DNA from: Isurus oxyrinchus
Lineage: Eukaryota
DNA length: 64,000 nt
Reading direction: 5' to 3'
Assembly (NCBI GenBank): GCA_026770705.1
Contig: JANJGN010000039.1
Location: 8,680,001 to 8,744,000 of the forward strand
Shown piece by piece: positions 11,091 to 24,720 of the stretch (its first letter is position 1; each line of letters opens with the position of its first letter). A program made the position numbers and the translations under genes. The notes below the pieces were generated by a model, which did no database searches, had not been told where the DNA came from, and saw only the letters and a list, made by a program, of their open reading frames with translations.

Positions 11091-14000
11091 ATAGGGCAGA
11101 TGTCGGCAATATTCCTTCGTTTGTGCATTTGATCTCAAAATCCTGGAAGGGCAACAATAGAAGTGTCATGGGAACGCTATGAATTACAAAATCCTTTCCG
11201 AGTCACGCACCAAGCTGACTTGCAGATACATCACAGTTCCTTTATTGTCACTGGATCAAAAACCTGGAAATCAATCGCTCGCAGCATTGTGTGTGCACCC
11301 GTTTCACATGGACCGCAATACTAGAAAACCCTTATTTTCAAGAAGAATTAGTGAAAACGGAAATAAAAGTGCTAATCTTGACAATATAGCCAAAGAAAAT
11401 AAAACGTTGCATGATGACGATTCTATGAATATTGATGTCCTTTTGTTATTGAAATCGCGGCCCTGGCTCTTTCTTTTGTCCGGCTCAACAAAGAATAACT
11501 AGGAAATGCATGTTTAAATGTAAATTATTTCGGAGAACACTGGCCCCTAACTGAGAACGTATATTTCGAATTCGCTCCTGAATATTAAATCCTGAACCAA
11601 AAAGATTGGCTGAAAATTTCGTCTGAAACTCGCACCACCTCACCTCACCACCCCAAACCCTCATTCCCCACCTTACACCTCCCTCAAAAATGCCGAACAC
11701 GCACGAAGATCAATGACATGCATCGGGTATAATGACGCCACGTACATGAATCTCCCAGTTGCAGATAGAGAACGGGTCGGCCCACCTTTTAAAACTTCCT
11801 AATTAGCAAGTTATTGAGTTTGTGAGCGACACAATGGTATGATTTCTTGATTCGTGCTTTGCACTTACCGTGGCCCAGACGAAAGAAAAAGAATGTTTCT
11901 GTGCACCTACCATCAGGCAACCATCCTGCGGAACAGAGGACCCGGGACCATGATTAACTGTGGCAACAGATTGTGCTGGGGAACGTGCCAGCGCGTTCAT
12001 GTTTACTTTTCACTTTTTTGTTTCTTGCCTGAACTTACAACTAAAAATATTTTTGGATAAACAGTTTCTGAGAGCATGTCATCTTGAGCTTTCAGTTATA
12101 ACGACTTTCTGTTCACAGCATTGCATTCTGCCGCACGATGTTCAGGCTTTCACTGCCGATTGGATGCGGATCCCATTTCACATCACTCCATGCCTCCTCC
12201 CCTTGGGAATTTAAAGAAATTGTGGAAGGGGAGGTGGTCTAAGGGAGGGTGAATAGGAAAAGGGCTAATTTTACATTTCACCATCTCACGTTGCCGAAAA
12301 ACGTATAATCCAGGCCACTGTCTACTTACTGTAATGTTTCTTTATGATCTTAAATCACGATTAGCGTTTTGAACCTGCACCACAGGATTTGTCTCACTTT
12401 TCTAGTGTAACTGCTGCTATGGAGCCTGCAGCAATGTGCCATAACCACAATCACAATTCAGTGGATCACACTCTGCGGTGCGTTCGCCACAACATTCACA
12501 AATTCACTGAAATGAATTAGCCCTTCAGGATCTGTTTTGCATGCAAAAGATGCCATAGAAAATTGATATTTGGTAATTACATTGCGAATAGAACAATGCT
12601 GTTGAAGTGATATGGATGTGGGACGGTGAAGGAAACTCTGCAGTTCTTCAGACTCGGGTGTTTGTAGAAACGACACCAAGAGGCACATTTTCCAAAGTGC
12701 ACTGCACCTGCTCCTTGTTGCTTTTCCCAAACAGCAAATCAATAACAGGTCAGAAGCAGATTGCAGTTGCAGAGAGCAATCGATAATTCTGTAGCATATA
12801 TATATGTTCATTTCTCCAATTTATTTAGCAGGGAATAATGTTGATAATATATTTGATGACTGTACACTTAATTTGTTAGCTGAATAGTGGATAATAGCTT
12901 GTATAAGTCACTATTTCATTCGGTAGATAATTGGGTGGTTCATTCCTGGGGCATTTCAAATTTAATTCGAAGGAAAATTCTGCAAGCATACTGATTATTT
13001 ATTGGATAATCGTTTTGATAATTAATGAGTTCAAATATTGGCTGCTTTATTATATAATTGTTTCAATTACAATATTTTTAAGCTGCTTGCTTATTTGCAG
13101 TTCTGGTCGGTACTCTTTCAAGTGCTGATAATTTGGCTAACAATCTTTGTATAATTCATAACAGTGCACAGATAATTATGTCTCTCAGTTGAAATGCATG
13201 TCATTGTAGGAATATATATATTACCTTTGCTCAAATCATAATAGGTATCGGGTAAAGTAAGGTCAATTTTCATTTTTGACATTTATTTTAAGATGCAATT
13301 GAGTGAAAATAACTTTGATTAATAATGCTTCCAGCTTTTCCAGTGAATCCTACATGGTTCACAGAAAATCAAACTTTAATTTTTATCCATTGCCTGGCGT
13401 TCTCACGGCTATTTGTGATTAGCTTTGACAGCTCCATTAAGTCAATCGATGTTTGGTGCTTGCATTTGGGTTAGAGAATTGCGAATGGGAGGCTGCCAAC
13501 TGGCTGTGTATGTAACTCAAATAGATATTTTCTTTGTTTGTGTGGTCAAAGCTTGCCAACTTGTAATCGGATACAAAAATTTTAAAAAGCTTTATCTGAC
13601 TCATTCGCCTTACTTCATTCAACGTTCATCTGAAACATAAAACAATAACTTACTGAAATAACATGATCCAAAATGTTACTTCACCACCCAATTAATAGAC
13701 GTTCACTGCATTGTTGTTTCCCTAAGTTCAAGTTTGCGAAAAATCTACGTTCAATCTGCACCATATTGCATAGCCATGAAGCCAGTTGGTACTTGAAAAA
13801 ACTCTCTGTCTACTCATCCCATAATTTTGAGAATGTGCATTTTCCATTCCCTAATCGGTGCCTGCCGAATCTGACGGGAGATTTCAGTCGGAAAGTTGTT
13901 CTGCACGTTGCCAGAGCCATGAATCCGATCCTACAGCATCGCCACCAGAACGACAAACAAAATTTTCGCAGTGAGCCGATTACTTACTTTCAATAATAAT

Positions 14001-14838
14001 TCAGGCTAAAGTTATTTAACTTGCTTTGAAATGCAGGAAATAATTTAATAAACGTGCGCATCACATTATCACATATCTGGCAGTTACAAATTAGTTCAGT
14101 GAGATTCACTTGCAAAGCCGCTTCTTCAAAATGCAAATGGAACTTTACTAACTAAACAACAAAAATCATAATGCAACCGTGATTAACTGAGGCTCAGGTC
14201 AATTTCACTTGACTTATATAGAACATTTAATTTGACCAGTAATCGGTGTAAGTGTCTGAAGTTAATCAACTGTATAATAATGCAGCATTGAATAACCGCT
14301 AATTCTCTAAAAAGGATCCTGCATTTTCAAAAAAAGAAATATGCATTTTAACAAATAATGCTAAAATTCATGGGTTTACGAGCCTGGCCAATTTGAAGTG
14401 AATTAAGCTGTAAAAGATATTAATTTAAACATGAGTGTGTTAGAAACTAGATCTTTATCGTCAGGTAATCGACAATTCGTGATTTCACTTTTCTGAACAT
14501 ATATTAGTCTACAGACTCAAATCTTTGTGCCCATCACGGTCAATCTTTATCACGATTTTATGCACTTGGTGCCCAGAAAAAAAAAGCTCCAGCTTTCAAA
14601 GCATGGATGTTGTCAATGAGACGCAACCGAGTCCCTTCTGCCCTTTCGGCAACAAAGTGATTTGTTCTGCAGCCAGTTAATTAATGGGAACTCCGTCCTG
14701 TCTACTCGGTAGTTATAACCTCACTAGAATCGAATCTTTGAATTGCTCATTCACATTGATTTGCAAGATATGTGCCTCTTTGGCCAAAAGATATTGCCCA
14801 CTCAATCTCATTGCAATATCTCCTTTCCCAGTCCGCTA

Positions 14839-14980
14839 GTTCTATCGAAGGGTCAAGAGGACTCGAATCGTCAACTCTTTTCTTCTCCGCCGATGCTGCC
14901 AGACCTGCTGAGTTTTTCCAGGTAATTCTGTTTTTGTTTTTGTTTAGGATTTCCAGCATCCGCGGTTTTTTTTGTTTTTA
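14839..14980 (+). mobile_element. Single-arm insertion of the same family as 8693-8921
   Basis: Near-identical to 8788-8921, with 6-bp TSD CCGCTA at 14833-14838 and 14981-14986. Empty site near 51870. Confidence 0.8.
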
Positions 14981-15906
14981 CCGCTATTAAACTGCCCTTT
15001 TGATCAGCACTGACTGCACCCATTCTGCATAGCAATGTGTCTTTACCTCTTTCTGCAATGAATTAGCGATGCATTCATCTGAAATAATCCTGCACAATGC
15101 CCAGCCAGCAAATCAATCTCATGTTACTCAATCTGACTTAAAGCTCATGATTGATCAGTTCTTATCTCTGAATAAAAGTTCTCCCTGGGAAACTGCATAA
15201 GAACATCACCTTTTACTGATTGTCATTGTAATGCCACTGTGATGACGCCGGTATAAGCTTGAAATCGGGCTCATCTATGCTGGTCTTTTTTTGTAGCTCA
15301 GTGACCATTGCATGTTCCTGCGTTCTTATCATTCCATCTTTTCCCTCACAAGCGTTCAGAGTATGTTCGTGCCACTGGGCAATGTTTTACCTTCAAGCTG
15401 TAAGTTCTGCAGCCCAGTAATCCTTCCAATTACTTATTTACATCTATAGATCACCCAGCACGCATTGCACCACTACCTCTTCCTGAGTGTAACTCTACAT
15501 GGCCCAGATTCTATTTTGCCCATTAACTTCCCACTTCACGTTGTGCCAACACAAGTGAATTGACTCTTTACACCTCCTATTTAACTTTTTAATGTTCACG
15601 ATGCCTAGCTGCTTGTTTGCATTCAAATTGTCCAGGTCAAATTCGCCCTCAGCAATATCAATCCTTATTGAAAATTAGTTGTCCAGTTTACGTTGAAGAA
15701 ATTCGTTTCAAAAGACGAATTATCAATTGATGTTTTTCTATCCTATCTACTTTCACTAGGTCCAGTTTACATTTAGAACATGCTCACCTCAGAAAGCAGT
15801 CTGTGCATACTTGGGTCAAGTGCACGATCCTGTGCTGCAACAGGAAGAAAATAATCATGTTCATCTGTGTCGTCTATCTTCTGCTATCTCTATCCCTCTC
15901 TTACAG

Positions 15907-16761
15907 TTAATGTTGTTGCAATTGTGATCCTTTCCCGAGGAAAGTGTGGCCTCTCCAAATGTATTACCCACTATATGATCGCCATTGCCGTGTCGGATCT
16001 CCTGGTTGTTTGTGCTGAAGTCATTCTGAAGAATACGCTGGATATGTATTTTCGTGTTTTGTTCTTGACCATGGGCACAGTGTGCCATCTCTCTGTAACA
16101 CTGATTTATGTAGTCCCATCAGCCTCTGTGTGGTCAACAGTGGTGTTTCCCTTCAATCGTTTTGTGGCCATATGTTGTAAGAAACTGCGAAAAAATATTG
16201 CACTGAAACAACAGCGGTAGCTGTCATAACAGTGGTGAGTGTATATAATGGACAATGTAAATCGTGGTTGTGTCCTAATAGAGACATTTTTCATTTCTGC
16301 TGAATGGGCCGCATTTGATTTTTTTTACCCTTACCTTGACCCCATGTGTTCCTTTCATTCTAATCTTGTTGCTAAATGTTTTGACGGTGAGACGTATTTT
16401 GGCAGACAGTAAAATTCACAGGGGTCTCATCGGATGCAGTAATGGAGAACACCACAAGGACTCTGAAATTGAAATCCAAAGATAGTCCATTATTTTACTC
16501 CTCAGTATAACTGACAGCTATATATTGCCCTGGACAACTCCTGTTATATATATTATCTCTCTGCATGTAGCAATCACTTCAAATTCTGACGCAAATGAGC
16601 TTAAGTCAGTTGGATTCATGCTAGGGGACCTCAGTTGCTGCACAAATGCATTCATTTATGTGCTGACACAGGCTAGGTTTAGGGTGGAGCTGAAGAGCGG
16701 AATGCAGTACCTTGTGAAACTGAACGCAAAACTATGCAATTTACACCTCAAAACCCATTGA
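15907..16761 (+). pseudogene. GPR139/GPR142-like GPCR pseudogene: exon 2
   Basis: Collinear with 52796-53700, but has a 1-nt deletion in the A run at 16191-16195, a 50-nt deletion near 16240 removing most of TM4, an extra T near 16320, an in-frame TAG at 16483-16485 (AAG in the intact copy), and DRF changed to NRF. Confidence 0.92.
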
Positions 16762-18339
16762 CCCTTACAGGCGGACATAAACATTGTGCCCTGAACACCT
16801 CATGTTAGAATAACACTTGTACCAACGTCTAATATCCTACTAAAAAAGGTATCCAACTTAAAATGCTCTGTTAAAATATAATGAACTCTTTTTGATAGTA
16901 CACACTACTCAACGGTGAATTGTAAGTTGTGATAACAATAATAGTAAATAATAATAATAATAATACTGAACAGCTCCTGTTAGTGTTGCAGAGTTTGAAA
17001 GGATGAATTGTGATGCCAGATTTTTACAGCCTTGTGTTCATTGGAACAGTTGTTCTGATCAACAAGGGAAGACCCAAGCATCAGCAGCTGGATCACGACA
17101 AGTCGACAAATGCAACTTAGACAAACATGGCAAATTTTCTACAACGTCTATTCTGGGGCAATTGGTACATAGAGGGAATTTTCAGAACATGTTTCACGAA
17201 GTCTGGCACCCTCCAAATATCAAACAGTTGCGCAATGAGCTGCTTCTCAGATTTCCATTTACCTCACCTGATTGAAATAAGGAAGGCCTGGTCATCACGT
17301 GATTTAGGAAAGGACAGGCAGTGGCACAATTGATCACTCATTAACATGATCCAATGGGCTGAAAGACGACTCCATGTATTGGATTCTGAACTTTTAAATC
17401 CGATTTCCCTCCGATTTATTTGAAAGCGCAAATTGCTCATACTTGTTTTTTTCACGATTGCTGAGGCTATCTCCTCCCCACATGCTCATTCACAGCACTC
17501 TCTGTTCCATGTTATCCGGTCTTTTCACACACACACACCAAATGGCTGTTAACATAATTCTCGAATATTTCCATATGTATGACTTGATTCCATATGTATG
17601 ACTTGATATAGCGAGTGACGCTTCAACCAGGTGTCTGGACGAATTCCCAGCCAAGAAACGTCTGACTACACATGGCCCCAACATTAAATTCCTTCCCTGT
17701 ATACCTACACATATTGAATGTGAAAAATTATAATGTAATTTTTCTCGTCGCATATTCTTATAATTTACTGAACTTAAATGCCGTGCATAGAATGCAACCA
17801 TATACAGTCTACAGCACAGAAGCAGATCATTTGGCCCCTCCTTTCCTTATTGTCTCTCTTAAGGAAGATGCAGCCGGCAGTCACTATCCGGCTTCTTCCT
17901 GTTATGTGGGTCATTCGCTTTTCAAAGATATTAATACAATTACGTCTTGACGATTCCTAATTCACCACCCTAATCACCCGGTAAAATGATTGTCCAAAAA
18001 ACTGCCAATTAAAGTGGCATTAAATAGAAAACTACAACCACTGTCCTTGAATAAATGAACATTAAAAAGACGACAGGTTAGGTCATGGCATGAGGGGCAT
18101 AGTTGTCAAGAAAAACAATTATTGCCAATCTTTAATTACTCTTACAGAAAACCATACGTGATCCGTCTTTTTGAGCAGCTACCGTGTTTCTGACATCTTC
18201 ACACAGGCTGCTTAGGGCCTGAATTAATAAATGCCCACACCGCCAGCTCAGCTACAACTCTTTTCTAAATCTTTGCTCTTTCTTTTAGGCACGTGCACTT
18301 TCTAAATATACATCTCGACTGCTCAGCTCCAAGTCATTT

Positions 18340-19080
18340 TAGTTCCTGAGGGAACATCAGTTCCTCAGGGTAATGTCCAAGACACAACGATGTTTAGCTC
18401 CATCAACAATGACCTTCTCTCCACCTTAAGGTTGGAAATGGGGATGTTCGCTGATGATTACGCAATGCTCAACTCAATTCGTCACTCCTGAGATAATAAG
18501 GTTGTCCATGGCCAAATGCAGCATGTTCAGGCTTTGGCTGAGCAGAGGGAAAGGACATTGACACCATACAAGTACCAGACAATGAATATCTCCAAAAGAG
18601 AAAATCAAACCATCGACCATCTGCATTCAATGGCATTACCATCGCCGAAAGTCGCACTAACAGCATTGTAACGCTTATCAATGACCAGAAACAGAACTGG
18701 ATTGGCCATATAAACAGAACGTGTGTTTTAACTTAAAGGTGCACTGCCTGAATTTCCTAAGTAACCTTTGACATTACAGTCCAAACCCACAACCGGAACC
18801 ATCTGGAAGAATAATGGGCAGCAGACACATGGGAACACAACGATTTGGATGTTCCCCTCCAAGCTACACACCAGCCTGTTTGAAATGATATCCCTGTTCC
18901 ATCATTGTAGTTGGATCAAATTCCAGGATCTCCCTCCTTATGAGCATATTGGCTGTACGGTTACCTGCTGCGATTCAAGAAGGGAGCTCACCACCATATT
19001 CTCAAGGGTACTTACGTCTGGGCAATGAATGCTGTGAGAACGATTGATGCTAAAAGCCCCTAAATCAATAATAATAAATA
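18340..19080 (+). mobile_element. LINE 3' fragment (CR1/L2 group)
   Basis: VPQG..INNDL..GMFADD reverse transcriptase motifs and the family tail (gctcaccacca..ttctcaaggg..gggcaatgaatgctg). Confidence 0.7.
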
Positions 19081-20213
19081 AGTATTGTCTCTGTGGCTGC
19101 ACAGATAATGCGCTTCCCAGTCTGACAGCTCTGTTGTACTGCAGCAAAATCAATGTCCTAGACAATACTTCCTGCTTCTTATAAAGCTATGCTCTACCTA
19201 TTCAGCTTCCTTACTTTTATTAATCTCTGCTTTGGGAGAGGAGCGCCTTTTACTTTCCTATCTGTGTTTTGATTATCTAGCTCCCAATATTTTTAAATCT
19301 GTTATGGGGGAGCAGTGACTTTCTAATCCGTGCATTGAATATCTCGCTGTAGATCTTTTTAAATCTCTCCTCTGGCAGCTCAGCTCCCGCTCTTTTACCT
19401 TTCTGCCCTAGCAACTCAACTACTCCTCTTTAAAAAAAAAAAATAGCATCTGCTCGTGATCAGCTCCCCACTCTCTCTAAATCTCTGCTCTAACTCTTCA
19501 ACTGCAGCATTAAACGAATACTTTAACCTGCCCTGACTGCCAAGAGTCTAGCCGGGAATTAGAGACAGTTGAGTTTAATTAAGAATGGTCACTGGTTTGT
19601 AACACCATGCCTTAAAATAAGAATATGCTTGCACAAACTACTTGCATTTTGATATCACAACAGAGAAAATTAATGAATTAATGAAGTGGACTTTGAGATA
19701 TTAATTCACTACTAATCGCAGATAAGGCTGCTTAAGAACATTTACGCTCATTAAAAATGACAGAGATGCGAATTGTGGGAGGGGGAGTAGTCGCTTTCCA
19801 ATTGCATCAATTGCAGTAATGCACATAAAACAGGAACTGTTTATTATCGTTTTCCATCAGTCTGGATGATGGTAGCCATTGGCGTTCCAAAGAATCCGGG
19901 TTTGTTTTATTTTTGGTCGACATATACCAGTTGAATCTTGGATTACAGCACAACGTCTCAAAAAGTGTTAGTGATGCAGACATGGTGGGAGTTAAACATG
20001 TGAGGATGATACGAATCCGTTGCAATTGGACATGGAGAGACGACCAGAATGTGCACTGGATTAGCAGATGCAATTTAATGTATTGCAATGAAAATAATAG
20101 AATTTGGCACAAGTGGTAGTGAGGGGAAATAGAGATGGAATATCACTGTCCCAAAGAATGTGATAGAATGGAGGGACCAAAGTGCATGTGCTTCGATGTT
20201 AGAGTAAAGCAGA

Positions 20214-20505
20214 CAGAGCCGTGCCTCGGGTTTGGAAAATTGTGGCGACCGGGACTGGCACCGCACATTGAGGGCAGATATGGACTGCGCTGCAGTGACC
20301 TGTGAAAGGGGGTGGCCATTCCTATCCGGGTAAGTTTGAAGGAGACTGTTGAAGTGACACAAATGAGCGGCCCTATTTGCATTTAGGATTCAATGGCTAG
20401 CACGTGCAGAGACAAAGAAAATGGAGACAATATTGCTTGGATGCAAAGAAAAGACAGACAAAATAACGAGAGAATGATAAGACCTTGAAATATTCTCCGC
20501 AAAAC
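20214..20505 (+). mobile_element. Truncated left end of the same hAT element in duplication copy 1
   Basis: Paralog of 57406-57695, cut off by the CR1 ORF1 fragment. Confidence 0.6.
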
Positions 20506-20529
20506 TTCCGACATGTCCTGTGATTTCTG

Positions 20530-21620
20530 CTCTGGCTAGCACGTGACAAAAGTAGTAATCCTCAGATCAATCATTTGAGGTCCTACTTTTCAACACACTT
20601 CCTAATTCCTTGCATCCTGCTTTTAGAAGCTAATTCCGTCTTTGACCTATGTCGTTTGTAAGAACGAGTACCACGGCCATTGTATGTTCCCTTCAGGATG
20701 TCTTTTAGCCACTCTGAGACATCCTTCACCCCAGCATCAGGGAGGCTAGATACCAACCTAGAACATCGTTTGCAACCACATAAACGTCTATCTATTCCCC
20801 TTACAATTGAATCACCTTTTACAATTGCATCCCTACAATTTTTACTCATCCCCTGTGCAACAAAACCAACCGTGGGGCAACGAATTTGGCTGCTGCTGCT
20901 TTCTCCTGAGAGGCCACTACCTCCAAACGTTTCCATAGCAGCATATCTGTTTTGCAGTGGAATCGCCACAGGAGATTCCTGCACTCTCTGTCTAGTCTTC
21001 TTGCTATGACTGGTGGTTACCCCTTCCCTTCCTGTGTGAGGACACTAAGCCTGTGGTGTGACCACGTGCCATTCAAGATACTCTGCGCCTCATGGATGCA
21101 ACATAGTGTCCCTACACGCCGCTCCAGCTCCAAAACCCAGGCTTCTAATATATGCAGCTGGCGACACTTTGTGCACACATGCTGGACCCGGGCTTTGGAA
21201 GTATTCCAGGCTTCCCACAGAGAGCAGGAGGAACACACCATGGCTTTGAGCCCTCCTGCCAGGCTTACCCACTTAATTTAAATGAAACCTTTAGGAATAT
21301 ATTTAATATCACATAATATCAATTAATATAAGGCTCCTCGTTGTTACAGAATACAACCCTGACAAACGATGAACCACAAAATGAAACTTCAATAAGTATA
21401 TGCGATAAAAGTAGCAAATCGTTGCTTTACTGTACTCACAGGAAGATCTCGTTCCCTCGTCACTGAACTCCATTAGTCGCTAGTGCTCTCCCAACTCTTT
21501 TACAACCCACCACTCCTCCCAGCTTCTCTTCAACTCCGGACTCCTGTCGTGCATCTCATCAACTCCCAGCTCCTCTCGCGCTTCTTTTGAACTCCCGAAT
21601 ACCGCCGCGCTTCTCTGTTC
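20530..21620 (-). mobile_element. CR1 LINE 5' portion: 5' UTR and ORF1 (zinc finger/leucine zipper plus SGNH esterase)
   Basis: CSSC..CTKC..LEAWVLELERRV; IPLQNRYAAM; IVKGDSIVRGIDRRLCG..LPDAGVKDVSE (GDS-type esterase motif); short tandem repeats at about 21480-21620. Confidence 0.85.
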
Positions 21621-23699
21621 TTAGTTCAGCCCTTGCTTAAACACTTTTTTAGTAGCGGAGCATGCACACAAACCATATTTAACGCAAGAACATCAGCTTT
21701 CAAACCACTTTTTAAAATCAGCTTCTCTGGATGAGCCAGACTGCGACAGTGAAATTAGTTCCGAAATGATTTTGCAATTAATCAGGTGGATTTTGACTGA
21801 TTATGCTTAACATCCCCCTCAGATCTGCCTCCACGTCTGATCGACCATCTCTCCCAAATGTGATCTTTCATGAATTCATCTGCTGGCTGGATAATTGAGA
21901 ATTTGTAGGCGCAGAATAACTGACAGCAATTTAGTTCAAAATATATTCAAATTTCTTCAATTAAAAGTTTGAAAATCTTTGACATTCTCAACCGCAGAGA
22001 GCTGCTGATGCTCGGACTTTGAGTTTTTACAATAAAAAAGTCAAAGATGTTTTTGGTACAAAGTGGATTAAAGGTGTTGGGATTTTTTTTACAAGTGGAG
22101 CGAAGTTAAAAGATCAGGCATGTTGAATGTAAGTGGGAAAGTAAGCTGCAAGAAACAAGTAGCCTTCACTTCTCCAGAATTGAAGTTCATATGACATCAT
22201 GTCTGCAGTGCGTTTCGGCCTTTAACCTTTTCTCTCTTTCTACCTCATTCTATCAAAGCCTGTCCTTCTCTACATGAAGCTGTCTGGACTGTGTAGTGAC
22301 ACGGAAAATCGTGACAGGCAAGAGCAGAGTTGAAGTAGTCAGGATATTATTGATGGAGAAATGGTAATAGGGAAGCAGCAGGGAGATGGAACAGGTGGGG
22401 TATTTTCAACTTGTCAGGCTGGAACTTTGGATGCGCCAGAGGGATTTCTGCTTGCGACTCTGCCATTCGCAACTGGTATTAACGATCAGCTGATGGAGAC
22501 TAATGTATTTACATCTGGAAAGCGTCAACAGACGAAAAGAAATGTCAACTATAAGGAGAAAAGAAATAGACTCCAATTAGATACGCACATTTTAAATAAA
22601 GGGTGAAACAAGGAGTCAGATGCTGTCTGATATTAAAAAGTAAAATTTTTACTTATTAACAATAAAGTCAGTAAACAGAAGTATGTTCAAGTTTTGAAAC
22701 GCTTGAATATAGAAATGCACAGGGGCTTTGGTTTACCCAAACAGGAACAAGGAACGAGGACGCTTGCATGAAACAGCGCAAAACTATATTGGAAGCCAAT
22801 TGCCTGTCGTCAGTAAAATGACAATAAAGGAGAAGATGATGAAAACCAAATATATCTATTCCTTTATCTGACCTTTTGTCTTTTTGTTGGTAAAAATCTT
22901 CCTTTTGCTTTTAACCTCTGCCGCAGACCCACTTCAACACCTCACCCAATTCCAATCCTGAACTCGTTTTGTTACTGGGTTATGCATCTGTCGCTGATTA
23001 TTGAATGTAAATGGATAATCTAAACCCAGGAAAATCGCGGCAAGGGTTAGCCATTTATCAGTAAGATGTGAACAAATTTCTTCACTTAAAAGCGTTGGAA
23101 ATCTGTGGAATTTTCTCCACAGAAAGCAGCAGGTTGCTCGGTCTTTGAATATAATCAAAAATCTTTTGATCAAATATGTTGATGCTGGTGGAATGAAAGT
23201 TTACATGGAGAGTTCAACGTTTGGCAAAAAATGACGATATACAAGTAAATTGAACGGGGCTTCAAAGTATGTTAACAAAATAACCTAATTCTGCATCATT
23301 AGCACATGCGCTGATGATTACATGAGCTCAATGTGTTTCGCTCTGGTCATCTTCTCTGCTTCCCCTCCACCTCGACCCAACCTTAATTTCCACAGCCTGT
23401 CTCTGTAACTGAAACGATGTCGTCAGTTTCTAAATGTTCCTTCAGCATTAAAATAATTGGCAGCAAACGGTTCTTGCTACAAACTGTATTTCCATCTGGC
23501 AAACAGGTTGCTCGACGAAGGGAGGAACACAGACCGTTTAAGTAACGCTATGTGCATTCTACAGCCCAACTAACATTGGAGAAAATTGGAGCAAAATATG
23601 TGTGCAAAGTCATGAAATGTTTAAATGTCTCGCGTTCGGAAAGGGGCAAGTTGTAATTTCAAGCATTATGAGCCGGATTTAGAAATATGAATGTAATAA

Positions 23700-24720
23700 T
23701 AATATTAATATGTATAAAAATAATTATTACAAGTTCTACGAATAGATTGGAGAACCTGATATTAGTGATTATGGTTGATTTAATTAATAATTTGTTGGAA
23801 CAAATTTATTTGACGAAATCGCACATGGCTGATTGGTTAAAATATATGGAAGCCCATGTGTTCCAGGACAATGTAAAAAGCTGGATATGAAACTAATTCA
23901 TTGAAAACAAAGAATAGTTAATGACGGGTGCTTTTGTGACTCGAGAGCTGTTCCCATTGAGCTTCATCTGGACTTCTCAGTTGTGACTCTGCTTTGTATG
24001 ACGTTTATTAATGGTTTTAGTTACAAATGTCGCCGGACTGAGAAAGAAGTTGTAGGCCTGAAAAAAATTGACCGAGCGTTTGATAGCGAGAAGGAATTCT
24101 GTAGATTGCAGCAAGGTATTCACGGACTGGTCAGGTGGACAGAAACGTTTCAAGTGGAATTCAACCCACAGAACTGTGAGGCGATGCATTTAATAAGGCC
24201 AAACAAAGGAAATTATTGCGCAATAAATGGAATGATAATAAGAGGTCTTGAGGATTCTGGATCTTGAAGGGATAGCCCACTCGTGCCCGAAGGCAGGAGG
24301 AAAAGTTGGTGAGGCGGCTGAGAAGCTATCTGGAATGCTTCCATGTTTTTTAACCGAGACACATAATATAACAGTACGGAGGTTATGCTGGAACTATATA
24401 AAACATTACTTGAAAGTAAACCTTAATGCTGTGCGCAGGCCAGGTCGCCATATTACAGAAAGGATGCAATTGCATTAAAGAGGGTAGAGAAAATATTTCT
24501 AAGGATGTTGCTAGGACTGGAAAATTAAAGCTTTGAGGAAAGATTGAATCGGCTAGGGCTTCATCTCCTGGAAACTGAGGAGACTTGGTGAGATTTAATT
24601 GAGATGTACAAAACTGTGTGGAGCCAGGATAGAATGGGTGCAACCGTCTATTTGTACGAACAGAGAGGTCAGTAACGAGCGGACATATACTTACGATGTT
24701 TGTTCAAAGAGTAGAGGGGG
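23700..24720 (+). mobile_element. Decayed CR1 ORF2 (reverse transcriptase to C-terminus)
   Basis: RLQQGIHGLVRWTETFQVEFNPQNCEAMH and LELYKTL remnants. Confidence 0.75.

Larger units (their letters stand above)
3738..20505 (+). repeat. Segmental duplication, copy 1 (direct repeat of about 42901-57695)
   Basis: Continuous collinear similarity of intronic and intergenic sequence, from atggtgcaggcagaacacgttg to gagaatgataagaccttgaaatattctcc. Boundaries approximate. Confidence 0.93.

Noticed and set aside
3738-20505. Duplication as an uncollapsed haplotype
   Set aside because: The copies differ by dense substitutions and kb-scale indels, far more than expected between alleles.
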